Below, in pieces: positions 9,943-19,212 of a stretch of 64,000 nt of DNA. The DNA is taken from the NCBI GenBank assembly GCA_040219935.1, contig JAVJUA010000056.1, forward strand, positions 14,611 to 78,610, in the 5' to 3' direction. How positions within the stretch are numbered: position 1 is the stretch's first letter; every line of letters starts with the position of its first letter. Source of the stretch: Pseudomonadales bacterium (lineage in GTDB: Bacteria; Pseudomonadota; Gammaproteobacteria; Pseudomonadales; Azotimanducaceae). The notes below the pieces were generated by a model that was not told where the DNA came from, made no database searches, and was given only the letters and a program-made list of their open reading frames with translations. The position numbers and the translations under genes were made by a program.

Positions 9943-10704
9943 TCAGACGGCCTCGAACTCGCCCAGGAAAACGTCCACGGGCGCCTGCACGGTGAGGGCC
10001 GGCAGTGGAAACGCGAGCCACGGCCGGCCCGGGTCGAGGCGCTGCAGGTTGGCGCGCATGCGCGCGCCTGCCTCGGCCTTGAACTCCCCACGGAAAGTCA
10101 CGAACTGGCCCCAGTTGGCATTGCCGGCGAAGCTCAGACCCGGCCCGTGCAGGGTGGCCGACTGCGCGTAGGCGGAGGGGAACAGCCGGCGGTAGGCGTC
10201 CAGGTGATACAGCCAGGACGTGCCGCGGATGGCTCGGGCCCGTGGCTGCCACCCGGCGACGTGGCGCGTCAGGGCGGCGAGTTCGGCGCGGCGGCGGGCG
10301 ACCTTGCCGGCGGCCAGCGGGCTGACGTCGTCGCCATCGTCGGGGCTGAAATGGATGCGCACCAGCCCGTCGGCGTCGGGCGGGTTGCAGCCGAAGGCGC
10401 CGAAACGCTGCTGATTCGGCAGCGGCGGCTCGGCGCCGGCCGCGGCCCAGGCGGCCACGGCACAGGCGACCCGGGCGTCGTGGTCGGGCAGGGTGAGCAG
10501 GCGGCCGGCGAAGTCGAACCAGGCGGGATGCGGCCCATGGACGTCGGGCGGGCCCAGGGCCAGGCGCCGGTGCAGGTTGGTGTAGCGCAGCAGCGCCTCG
10601 GCCGGATCGAGGCCGCCGGCCTCTGCCAGCCGCGCCGCGAAGCGAAGCTGCAGATCGACGTAGTCGCGCATGTGACGGGCCCGCTCGGCGCGGGTCAGGC
10701 TCAC
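9943..10704 (-). CDS. Hypothetical protein, family not recognised
   Basis: 3' part of ORF 9943..10914 with high GC3. The proposed GTG 10704 overlaps the upstream stop (GTGA). ATG 10671 is an alternative start. Confidence 0.55.
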   Translation of the reverse strand: MSLTRAERARHMRDYVDLQLRFAARLAEAGGLDPAEALLRYTNLHRRLALGPPDVHGPHPAWFDFAGRLLTLPDHDARVACAVAAWAAAGAEPPLPNQQRFGAFGCNPPDADGLVRIHFSPDDGDDVSPLAAGKVARRRAELAALTRHVAGWQPRARAIRGTSWLYHLDAYRRLFPSAYAQSATLHGPGLSFAGNANWGQFVTFRGEFKAEAGARMRANLQRLDPGRPWLAFPLPALTVQAPVDVFLGEFEAV

Positions 10705-11218
10705 GGCCGGGGCTGCAGCTCGAACAGCCACAGGTACCCGCTCTCCACGGCGGCGGGGGTGGCGCCGGCGCCGTACTTGCGATTGATCTCGGCCACCAGC
10801 GCGGCGACGCGCGCGCTGTCGCCGACCCGCACGAGCTGCCTCGGATAGACGGTGTCGCCCACCCGCAGCAGCGCGCGGCCGTCGCGCTCGGCCTCCGGCG
10901 GCCACTGCTTCCACAGGCGGCCCCAGGACGTGGTCATGTAGCCGGACGGTATGTAGATGCGCCCCTCGTGCAGCAGGATCCAGGTGGTGCGCGAGCGGGG
11001 CGGGTCGAGGAGCTGGAACTCCACCGTGTCGACGTCGCGCACGAACGACCAGTCCGGTTCCGGTCCCTGGTGCGGCTCGCCGGATCGGAACGGCCCGCCG
11101 GCGACGATGGCGATGGCCCGTCGCTGAACCGGGCCAGCACCACCAGGGCTCCGATGCCGAGCGCCATGATCACGATTACGCCCACAACGGTGCGAAGCAG
11201 TATCCGCAGCATGCCCAT
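10701..11218 (-). pseudogene. Membrane-anchored hypothetical protein interrupted by a 1-nt frameshift near 11110-11125
   Basis: ATG 11218 opens a high-GC3 frame encoding a TM anchor (MGMLRILLRTVVGVIVIMALGIGALVVLARFSDG). After ~11120 that frame becomes low-complexity. The adjacent frame then carries the coding signal through to stop 10701 (AIAIVAGGPFRSGEPHQGPEPDWSF...WILLHEGRIYIPSGYM...). Confidence 0.55.
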
Positions 11219-11370
11219 CCGAACTCTCCCCGTGAATGCCCGTCTGCAGCGTGCGACGGATTGTGAGCGCGATCAAGTGCCGAGCGTGGCCGCGTTAACG
11301 AATCGCCGGTGCCGGCGGCCACAGCCCCGACGGCTGGGCGATGATGGGGCAAACCGCCAGGGAGACGATC

Positions 11371-11691
11371 ATGCATCGCCCCTCAGTTCGGGCCGTGCTC
11401 TGCGCCGTGCTGCTTGCCGCGCCGGCGCTGGCCCACGATCCGGTGCCGGCGCACGGTTGCCAGGCGCCGGTTCGGCCCGCCGATGACCAGGACGATGCCC
11501 GCTGGCAGGCGTACCTGGATGCCGTGGACGCCTTCCGCGCCTGCATCAGCGACTTTGCCATTGCCCATCGTGCTGCCGCGCGCGCTCATCAGGAGGCGGC
11601 CAATGCCGCAACCCTGGACTGGAACGAGTTCGTGCGCCGCGAGCTGAACGTGCCCGAAGACTATCCCTGGCCGCCCGAGCCCCGGCGCTGA
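11371..11691 (+). CDS. Small secreted hypothetical protein
   Basis: ATG 11371 is preceded by AGGGAGA. Signal peptide MHRPSVRAVLCAVLLAAPALAHD. Product is 106 aa. Confidence 0.6.
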   Translation: MHRPSVRAVLCAVLLAAPALAHDPVPAHGCQAPVRPADDQDDARWQAYLDAVDAFRACISDFAIAHRAAARAHQEAANAATLDWNEFVRRELNVPEDYPWPPEPRR

Positions 11692-12344
11692 GCCGGCATC
11701 AGGTTCGGCAGCTCGAGGGTCGGCAGCAGGCGCCGCTGCAGCCGCGCCAGCAGGCCCGGTGTCACATGCTCGTCGAAGTCTTCCAGCGCGAAGGTCAGGC
11801 GCAGCCGCTCGGGCTCGTGGCGGATGGATTCCAGCCGCGTGTTGCCCGCCAGCGGCGGCAGCGGCAGGTAGGTGCGAAACAGTGATGCCACGTAGTTCGG
11901 TACCCCGAGAATGCTCGCCCGCTTCGGCTGCAGCACGAACCAGCCGCCGATCACCTCGAGTCGCGCTTCCAGCTCGGCCACCGGAAAACCGGCGATCTCG
12001 GTGTGCACGATCAGCCCGTCGTGGCTGAGCTCGAGCCGATAGGGCAGGTCGAAGCGCTTCATCCAGCGGTCGAGCTCGGCCTTGCCGACGGCGATCTCCA
12101 CACCGGGCCCCTCCACCTCGATGCGGGCCGGCATGCCGGGCACGAAGCGCACCCGGCGCGCGTGCCACACCACCTGCTCGAGATCGAGCCACGCGGTGGC
12201 AATGCCGCCGAGGGTGAGCCGGGCGTCGTGGTACTGATCGGGAAACGGGATGCCCGTTGCCTTGCCCCAGTCGATGCGGACCGGCAGCTCGAAGTAGGAG
12301 CTGACGAGCTGATCGATCACCGAAGATCGGGCGTTTCGCGTCAT
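11661..12344 (-). CDS. Hypothetical protein (possibly DUF2993/LmeA-like; weak recognition)
   Basis: 3' part of ORF 11661..13280. ATG 12344 (MTRNARSSVIDQLV...). High GC3. Upstream of it the ORF is the shadow of argE. Confidence 0.55.
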   Translation of the reverse strand: MTRNARSSVIDQLVSSYFELPVRIDWGKATGIPFPDQYHDARLTLGGIATAWLDLEQVVWHARRVRFVPGMPARIEVEGPGVEIAVGKAELDRWMKRFDLPYRLELSHDGLIVHTEIAGFPVAELEARLEVIGGWFVLQPKRASILGVPNYVASLFRTYLPLPPLAGNTRLESIRHEPERLRLTFALEDFDEHVTPGLLARLQRRLLPTLELPNLMPAQRRGSGGQG

Positions 12345-12410
12345 GTCGGCAGTGTACGCCCATTCCGGGGCGCTATCGCGTTTTCGCCGTGACGTCTCTA
12401 TGCTTGCCGC

Positions 12411-13568
12411 ATGCCGATCGACATCCACACCCCCCGGGGCATGCTCGAGACCCTGGTTGGCTTTCCTACGGTCTCCCGCGATTCCAACCTCGAGCTGATC
12501 CGCTTCGTGCGCGACTACCTGGCCCGGCACGGCGTGTCCGCCCGTCTGGTGGACAGCGACTGCAGCGAGAAGGCCAACCTCTACGCCAGCGTCGGGCCGG
12601 ACGTGGACGGTGGCGTGGTGCTGTCGGGTCACACCGACGTGGTGCCGGTGGATGACCAGGACTGGCACACCGACCCGTTTCGCGTGGTGGAGCGTGACGG
12701 TCGGCTGTACGGCCGCGGCACCTGCGACATGAAGGGCTTCATCGCCATCGCGCTGGCCATGGTGCCGGACATGGGCCGGCTGAAGCGGCCCATCCACTTC
12801 GCCCTGTCCTACGACGAGGAGGTGGGCTGTCTGGGGGCGCCGCGGCTGATCGAGGCGCTCACCGCCAACGTGCCGGCGCCTCGAGCCGTCATCGTCGGCG
12901 AGCCCACCAACATGCGGGTCGTGACGGCGCACAAGAGCATGTTCATCTTCGACACCCACGTCGACGGCTTCGAGGCGCACTCCAGCAAGCAGAACCTGGG
13001 CGTGCCGGCGGTGATGGTGGCCGGCCGGCTGGTGAACTGGCTGGCCGAGCAGCAGGACAGGAACCGCCGCAACGCGCGCGCGGACTGTCCGTTCGAACCC
13101 GCCTACTCGACGCTGCACTGCGGCGTGATCCGCGGCGGCACGGCGCAGAACATCACCGCCCGGCACTGCCGCTTCGTCACCGACATCCGCACCCTGCCCG
13201 GCGAGGATCCGCTGGACTTCTTCCGGGCGCTGGAGCGCTATGCCCGGGACGAGCTGGAGCCGGAGATGCGCCGCGTGCATCCCGATACCGGCATCCGCTT
13301 CGACATCCGCTCCCAGGTGCCCGGCTTCCAGGCCGGCGAGGACGAGCCCGCGGTGCTGCTGGCCAAGCAGCTCACCGGGCAGAACGACACCGAGAGCGTG
13401 GCCTACGGCGCCGAGGCCGGCCAGTTTCAGGAGGCCGGCCTGTCAGTGGTGATGTGCGGGCCCGGCAGCATCGACCAGGCCCACCAGCCGAACGAGTACA
13501 TCAGCGTCGATCAGTTCGATCAGGGTGTGGCGTTCATGCGCCGCCTGATCGATCACCTGTCGACCTGA
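12411..13568 (+). CDS. argE: Acetylornithine deacetylase (M20 peptidase family)
   Basis: 385-aa ORF with ArgE/M20 motifs (LSGHTDVVP, GRGTCDMKGF, SYDEEVG, PNEY near the C-terminus). Confidence 0.85.
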   Translation: MPIDIHTPRGMLETLVGFPTVSRDSNLELIRFVRDYLARHGVSARLVDSDCSEKANLYASVGPDVDGGVVLSGHTDVVPVDDQDWHTDPFRVVERDGRLYGRGTCDMKGFIAIALAMVPDMGRLKRPIHFALSYDEEVGCLGAPRLIEALTANVPAPRAVIVGEPTNMRVVTAHKSMFIFDTHVDGFEAHSSKQNLGVPAVMVAGRLVNWLAEQQDRNRRNARADCPFEPAYSTLHCGVIRGGTAQNITARHCRFVTDIRTLPGEDPLDFFRALERYARDELEPEMRRVHPDTGIRFDIRSQVPGFQAGEDEPAVLLAKQLTGQNDTESVAYGAEAGQFQEAGLSVVMCGPGSIDQAHQPNEYISVDQFDQGVAFMRRLIDHLST

Positions 13569-13574
13569 GCGCCC

Positions 13575-14762
13575 TCAGCGGTGGCCGGTCACCGTGCGGG
13601 TGAACGGCAGCCAGGCGCCGAACCGGGTCTGCACCAGCACCTGCACCGAGCACGCCGGCTCCGATTCGGGCACCCGATCGGCATCGTGGGCGGCCGTGAC
13701 CCTCACCGTCTGCTGCGCACCGGGCGCCAGCGCCAGGGCCGGCAGCGCGGCAGGCTCGAAGCGCCAGCGGTCGTCCGCCGAGGCGCAGCTCAGGTAGACG
13801 GTCAGCGGCCGGCCGGTGGGGTTGGCGATGGGCAGATCCATGGTCCAGCGCTGCGGGCCGGCGCCAGCCAGCGCTACCTGTTCCGGCGCCAGCCCCCGCC
13901 ACAGCGCAAACAACACCTGATTGGCCTCGGCATCGGCACTGTCCGGCGGCTCGATGGCGTCGGCGTGCACCACCGCGAAGCCGGCGTCGCCGTCGCGCAC
14001 CGTGACCAGCAGGAAGTGGTCGTAGCCGCCTACCTCCGGATAGGGCACCACGTTGTCGGCTGCGGCGTTGGTCATCACGTAGCGGACGCCGTCGCGCTGC
14101 AGATAGTGGTAGTGGTGCTGATGGCCGTAGAACACGAACCGCACCGGAAAGCGCCGCAGCAGCGCGTGCAGGGCAGCGGCGTCGTCGAGGGTGGCCGGCG
14201 GCCGGTGCAGGAACACGAACACGTGCTCGGCCGTCGACTCGGCCAGCCGGGCCTCGAGCCAGGCGAGCTGCGCCTCGCCGATGCGGCGCTCGGCGCCGGG
14301 AGCATCCGAGTTGAGGACGATGAAGCGGGCATTGCGGTAGTCGAAGCTGCGGTAGGTGGGCCCCCACAGGCCGCGGTAGATGGCCTCGATCTCGGGTTCG
14401 GCGCGACGCTCGGGACCGTAGAGGTCGTGGTTGCCCGGCACCGGCACGAACGGGATCTGCCCCAGCGGCGCCACCTGGCTGCGAAAGCGCTGCCACTGCG
14501 CGCTGATCTCACCCGGCTCGGCATAGCCGTCGATCATGTCGCCGACCTGAATCACGAACGCCGGGTTCAGGTGGCGGACGTCGTCGATCATGCGGTTGAA
14601 GGTGGCCGGGTCGTTGAACTGGCTGTCGCCCAGCACCACGAAGTGGAACTCGTGGCGCGCCGGCTTCGGCACCACCGGCGCCGCGTCGCCGGCGGTGGCC
14701 GGCCAGGCCAGCGCCCAGGCCAGGACCAGCGCGGGGACGTGAAGCCGGCTCAGAGTCGGCAC
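13575..14762 (-). CDS. Secreted metallophosphoesterase (calcineurin-like)
   Basis: 395-aa ORF with a signal peptide and phosphoesterase motifs (VVLGDSQ, QVGDMIDG, PGNHD, YGHQHHYH). Confidence 0.85.
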   Translation of the reverse strand: MPTLSRLHVPALVLAWALAWPATAGDAAPVVPKPARHEFHFVVLGDSQFNDPATFNRMIDDVRHLNPAFVIQVGDMIDGYAEPGEISAQWQRFRSQVAPLGQIPFVPVPGNHDLYGPERRAEPEIEAIYRGLWGPTYRSFDYRNARFIVLNSDAPGAERRIGEAQLAWLEARLAESTAEHVFVFLHRPPATLDDAAALHALLRRFPVRFVFYGHQHHYHYLQRDGVRYVMTNAAADNVVPYPEVGGYDHFLLVTVRDGDAGFAVVHADAIEPPDSADAEANQVLFALWRGLAPEQVALAGAGPQRWTMDLPIANPTGRPLTVYLSCASADDRWRFEPAALPALALAPGAQQTVRVTAAHDADRVPESEPACSVQVLVQTRFGAWLPFTRTVTGHR

Positions 14763-15904
14763 GACGGCGGCGTGCCCGCGGCGGCGGCGTGGGCTTCCAC
14801 CTGCCGCCAGACCCGCATCAGGTTGGCACCGAGGATCTTGCCGATGTCGCCCTCGTCGTAGCCGCGGCGCAGCAGTCCGGCCACCAGGTTCGGGTAGCTG
14901 CTGACGTCCTTCAGGCCATCGGGCAGGGTGTTGCCGACGCCGTCGTAGTCGGAGCCGATGCCGACGTGGTCGACGCCGGCCAGCATCACGGCCCGGTCGA
15001 TGTGGTCGAGCACGTCATCCAGGGTGGCGAAAGGATACGGCCCGTCGCCGTTCTCGTCCCGGTAGCGATTGGCCGCTTCGGTGAGGAAGGCGGAGCCGTA
15101 GTTGATGTGAACGATGCCGCCCTGCCGGCCCAGCGCGCGCACCATGTCGTCGCTCATGTTGCGATGAAACCCCGGGGTGAAGTGGCGCAGCGACGAATGG
15201 GTGGCGATCACGGGCACCGGCGACAGCTCGAGCACCTGCCAGAAGGCGCGGTCGCTGATGTGGGAGACGTCCACCATGACGCCGGCGTCGGCCATGGCCG
15301 GAACCAAGCGCTGCCCGAACTCGGACAGCCCCTGCCAGCGCTCGTCCTCGTCGTAGGACGAGTCGGAAATGTGGTTGGAGCGGGAGTGGGTCAGGGTCAC
15401 GTAGCGGATGCCGCGGTCGCGGAAATGGTTCAGCCGCTCGAGCTCGCCGGCGATGGGGCCGCCGTTCTCCATGCCCATGGGCAGCGCGATCAGGCCCCGG
15501 GCTTTGGCGACGTCGACGTCGTCGGCGCAGGTGGCCACAGCGAACTTGTCCGGGTGTGCGCGGGCCAGGTCTTCCACGCCGTCGATGAGCCGTTCGGCGA
15601 AGGCGCCGGCCTGGCCGGCCTGGTCGACGTCGGCGGGAATGTAGATCGACATGAACAGGGCATCCAGGCCGCCGGCCACCGCCCGCGGATGGTCGAAGTC
15701 GCCGCCGGCGGTTGCCTGGCTGACGTCGTCGTCGCTGCGGCTGAGACGATAGGGCACGTCGATGTGGGTGTCGACGATCAGCAGCCGCTGCGCCAGATCT
15801 CGCGCCCGGCTGGCATCGTCCGGCCGGGAGGCGCAGGCGCCGAGCAGCAGCAGGTTAGCGCAGGCGGCGGCGAGCAGGCATGTGGGTACGGACGGCACGG
15901 GCAT
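14750..15904 (-). CDS. Membrane dipeptidase (peptidase M19), lipoprotein
   Basis: 384-aa ORF with lipobox LLLGAC and M19-type motifs (VDTHIDVPYRL, YVTLTHSRSN, IATHSS). It overlaps the downstream gene by 13 nt. Confidence 0.88.
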   Translation of the reverse strand: MPVPSVPTCLLAAACANLLLLGACASRPDDASRARDLAQRLLIVDTHIDVPYRLSRSDDDVSQATAGGDFDHPRAVAGGLDALFMSIYIPADVDQAGQAGAFAERLIDGVEDLARAHPDKFAVATCADDVDVAKARGLIALPMGMENGGPIAGELERLNHFRDRGIRYVTLTHSRSNHISDSSYDEDERWQGLSEFGQRLVPAMADAGVMVDVSHISDRAFWQVLELSPVPVIATHSSLRHFTPGFHRNMSDDMVRALGRQGGIVHINYGSAFLTEAANRYRDENGDGPYPFATLDDVLDHIDRAVMLAGVDHVGIGSDYDGVGNTLPDGLKDVSSYPNLVAGLLRRGYDEGDIGKILGANLMRVWRQVEAHAAAAGTPPSCRL

Positions 15905-15969
15905 CTCCGGACGGCGTGGCGCGACCGATGTTCACACGGCCCCGTGGCGCAGACAAGAAGGCGCCCCAG

Positions 15970-17523
15970 CTAGTCGCGGGCGCAGTGCACGGCGTTGCGG
16001 CCCGCCCGCTTGGCCTCGTACAGGGCGCGGTCGGCCCGCTGCAGCAAGGCGGCTGCAGACGGTGTCGACGGGCTCACCGTGGCCACGCCGATGCTGGTGG
16101 TGAGGCCGACGCTGGCCGCGGCAACCGTGCTGATGGTGGTGTCTGCGATCAGCACCCGCAGTCGTTCCGCCAGGCGCAGCGCGCCGTCGACGCTGGTCTC
16201 CGGCAGCAGCAGGGCGAATTCCTCGCCGCCGAGGCGGGCGGCCACGTCGCTGTCGCGCTTGCTGGCCTCGATCACGCGTGCGATCTGCTCCAGCATCCGG
16301 TCGCCGGCGTCGTGACCGTGGGTGTCGTTGATCTCCTTGAAGTGGTCGAGGTCGAGCAGCAGCACGCTGAGCGCGTGCCCGTGGCGCTTCACGCGCTCGC
16401 TCTCCTCGTTCATGCGTCGCAGGAAGTAGCGGCGGTTGTGCAGGCCAGTGAGGGCGTCGGTGTGAGCCAGGCGCTCCATCTCCTGCTTGACCTGGCGCAG
16501 CGCACCTTCCGCCTCCAGGCGTTCGGTGATGTCTCGCAGCACCAGCACGGTCTGGCCCGCACCTGGCGCCTCCGGTTCCAGGCGGGTGCCCCTGACGTGA
16601 TAGGTGCGTTCGCCGATGGCCAGCTCGACGCTGTCGGCTTCACCCGTGAGCAAGCCGCGGAGCGGGCCCTCGCGCAGCGCACGCCCGGACCGGCTACCTG
16701 TCGCCCAGGTCGGATCGGTGCTCAGCAGCTTGCGCGCGGCGGGGTTGAGATCGACCAGGTGCCCGTCGTCGTCGACGATGATCACGCCGTCCGCCAGCTG
16801 CTCGACCACCTGGCGATGCAGAACGGGCGAGAGCTGCAGCAGCCCGCTGCGCAGGACGTTGCGGGCGATGACGATCATGCCGAGTGCGAAGCCGAGCGGT
16901 GTGGGGTCGATGTACGGAAACGGGTTCCAGCGGGTCAGGTGCAGCAGGTTGAGGGCCACGACGATGGCGGGGGCGACGATCACTGCCACCAGCGCACGCC
17001 GGTGCTGGGGCGATGCCGACAGCTCGAAGGCCAGGATCAGGGTCGCGGCCGCCACCAGCAGGTAGGCGTAGCCGGCGCTCACGGTGAACCAGGGTCCATA
17101 GTCGATGGCCAGGGCGACGAAGCCGGGCAGGGCGTTGAGGCGCACGTCGGCCCACAGCAGGCCGTGCCAGTCGTTGGTCCAGGCCAGCGACACCGTGATC
17201 GCAGGTACGATGCACAACAGCGTCAGGGTCAGGGGCCGCAACCGCTGGCGACGGCGGATGTAGGTGATGGCGAACGCCATCCATGCGACCGGCAGCAGGG
17301 CGATGCCCGGATACTGGAGCTTCGAGGCCAACATCTTCACCGCCAGGCTTGTGCTGAGGGTGCCAACAAGCTGGCCGGCCGACCAGATCAGCACGCACCA
17401 GGCGACAGCACCCAGGGCGGCGCTGCCCGGCACGCGGCTCACCCGCTCGGGCAGCCGCAGCGCGTACAGGCTGATCAGGATCGCGGCCAGCGACGGCAGC
17501 GACCAGAGGGTGAGTTGGAGCAT
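15970..17523 (-). CDS. Diguanylate cyclase with N-terminal 7TM sensor domain and PAS domain
   Basis: 517-aa ORF. The first ~230 aa are multi-TM and resemble the histidine-kinase N-terminal 7TM domain. These are followed by a PAS-like segment and a GGDEF domain with an intact GGEEF site (ARLGGEEFALLL). Confidence 0.9.
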   Translation of the reverse strand: MLQLTLWSLPSLAAILISLYALRLPERVSRVPGSAALGAVAWCVLIWSAGQLVGTLSTSLAVKMLASKLQYPGIALLPVAWMAFAITYIRRRQRLRPLTLTLLCIVPAITVSLAWTNDWHGLLWADVRLNALPGFVALAIDYGPWFTVSAGYAYLLVAAATLILAFELSASPQHRRALVAVIVAPAIVVALNLLHLTRWNPFPYIDPTPLGFALGMIVIARNVLRSGLLQLSPVLHRQVVEQLADGVIIVDDDGHLVDLNPAARKLLSTDPTWATGSRSGRALREGPLRGLLTGEADSVELAIGERTYHVRGTRLEPEAPGAGQTVLVLRDITERLEAEGALRQVKQEMERLAHTDALTGLHNRRYFLRRMNEESERVKRHGHALSVLLLDLDHFKEINDTHGHDAGDRMLEQIARVIEASKRDSDVAARLGGEEFALLLPETSVDGALRLAERLRVLIADTTISTVAAASVGLTTSIGVATVSPSTPSAAALLQRADRALYEAKRAGRNAVHCARD

Positions 17524-17615
17524 GCCAGGGCGTCCGTGTTCTGCATGTCTCGGCGGTACCGGGTCCGGGAGAATCCGTCATCCATGCCGGTTTCACAATC
17601 GGTGCTCTCCCGGAC

Positions 17616-17631
17616 TGTGACCCCGGTCACC
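17616..17631. promoter_or_regulatory. CRP/FNR-family-like dyad TGTGA-N6-TCACc
   Basis: TGTGACCCCGGTCACC lies in the divergent gap between the GGDEF gene and the fumarase gene. It matches TGTGA-N6-TCACA at 9/10 positions. TAGAAT at 17644..17649 follows. Confidence 0.25.
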
Positions 17632-17682
17632 TCGCGGCTGCGGTAGAATCTGCGGCTTCAGCCAATGGTCGAATCGGTGCCC

Positions 17683-19203
17683 ATGACAGTCATCAAGCAG
17701 GAAGACGTGATTCAGAGCGTGGCCGACGCGCTGCAGTTCATCAGCTACTACCACCCCGTGGACTTCATTCGCGCCATGCGCGAGGCCTGGGAGAAGGAGG
17801 AGTCGCCGGCAGCCAAGGCGGCGCTGACCCAGGTGCTGGTCAACTCGCGCATGTGCGCGCTCGGCAAGCGCCCCATCTGTCAGGACACCGGCATCGTCAT
17901 CGCCTTCGTCGAGGTGGGCATGAACGTGCGCTGGGAAGCCGACATGAGCCTCAACGACATGATCAACGAAGGCGTGCGCCGGGCCTACGGCCATCCGGAC
18001 AACGTGCTGCGGGCCAGCGTGCTCGCCGACCCGGACGGCGGCCGCGCAAACACCAAGGACAACACGCCCGCGGTAATCCACTACAAGGTGGTGCCCGGCG
18101 ACACCGTCAGCTTCGAGGTGGCGGCCAAGGGTGGCGGCAGCGAGGCCAAGGCCAAGTTCGCCATGCTGAACCCGTCCGACTCCGTGGCCGACTGGGTGGT
18201 GTCGGTGGTGCCGCAGATGGGCGCCGGCTGGTGCCCGCCTGGCATGCTCGGGGTGGGCATTGGCGGCACGCCGGAGAAGGCCATGCTGCTGGCGAAGGAG
18301 GCCATGATGGGCCCCATCGACATTCACGAGCTGCAGGCGCGGGGGGCGAGCAATCGGGCCGAGGCGCTGCGCCTCGAGCTGTTCGATCGGGTCAACGCGC
18401 TGGGCATCGGCGCCCAGGGTCTCGGCGGCCTCACCACGGTGCTGGACGTGAAGGTGAAGGAATATCCCACCCACGCCGCCAACAAGCCGGTGGCCGTGAT
18501 TCCCAACTGCTCGGCCACGCGCCACGTGCACTTCACCCTCGACGGCTCCGGCCCGGCCGAGTTCGAGGCGCCGGACCTGTCGGAGTGGCCCGACATCGAC
18601 TTCGAGCTCGGCGACGACGTGCGCCGGGTCAACCTCGACACGCTCACGCCGGAGGAAGTGCGCACCTGGAAGGCGGGCGAGACGCTGCTGCTCTCCGGCA
18701 AGCTGCTCACCGGCCGCGACGCCGCCCACAAGAAGCTGGTGGACCTGATCGAGCGCGGCGAGCCCCTGCCCGTGGACTTCACCAACCGGGTGATCTACTA
18801 CGTCGGCCCGGTGGATCCGGTGCGCGACGAGGTGGTGGGGCCCGCCGGGCCGACCACGGCCACGCGCATGGACAAGTTCACCCGCACGATGCTGGAAAAG
18901 ACGGGCCTGATCGGCATGGTGGGCAAGGCCGAGCGCGGCGACGGCGCCATCGAGGCGATTCGCGACAATCAGGCGGTGTACATGATCGCCGTGGGCGGCG
19001 CCGCCTATCTGGTGGCCAAGGCCATCACCAAGTCGACGCTGCTGGCGTTCCCCGAGATCGGCATGGAAGCCATCTACGAGTTCGAAGTGAGGGATATGCC
19101 GGTGACCCTGGCGGTGGACGCCGCGGGAGAGTCGGTGCACAAGCAGGGCCCGAAGATCTGGTCGGCGAAGATCGCCGAGCGCATCCGCGCCGTGGAGGCG
19201 TAA
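17683..19203 (+). CDS. fumA: Class I (Fe-S) fumarate hydratase, fused alpha/beta type
   Basis: ORF 17665..19203. The N-terminus MTVIKQEDVIQSVADALQFISYYHPVDFIRAM...ICQDTGIV matches the class I fumarase N-terminus I recall from Pseudomonas, so the start is set at ATG 17683. Confidence 0.9.
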   Translation: MTVIKQEDVIQSVADALQFISYYHPVDFIRAMREAWEKEESPAAKAALTQVLVNSRMCALGKRPICQDTGIVIAFVEVGMNVRWEADMSLNDMINEGVRRAYGHPDNVLRASVLADPDGGRANTKDNTPAVIHYKVVPGDTVSFEVAAKGGGSEAKAKFAMLNPSDSVADWVVSVVPQMGAGWCPPGMLGVGIGGTPEKAMLLAKEAMMGPIDIHELQARGASNRAEALRLELFDRVNALGIGAQGLGGLTTVLDVKVKEYPTHAANKPVAVIPNCSATRHVHFTLDGSGPAEFEAPDLSEWPDIDFELGDDVRRVNLDTLTPEEVRTWKAGETLLLSGKLLTGRDAAHKKLVDLIERGEPLPVDFTNRVIYYVGPVDPVRDEVVGPAGPTTATRMDKFTRTMLEKTGLIGMVGKAERGDGAIEAIRDNQAVYMIAVGGAAYLVAKAITKSTLLAFPEIGMEAIYEFEVRDMPVTLAVDAAGESVHKQGPKIWSAKIAERIRAVEA

Positions 19204-19212
19204 GGAGGCTTG

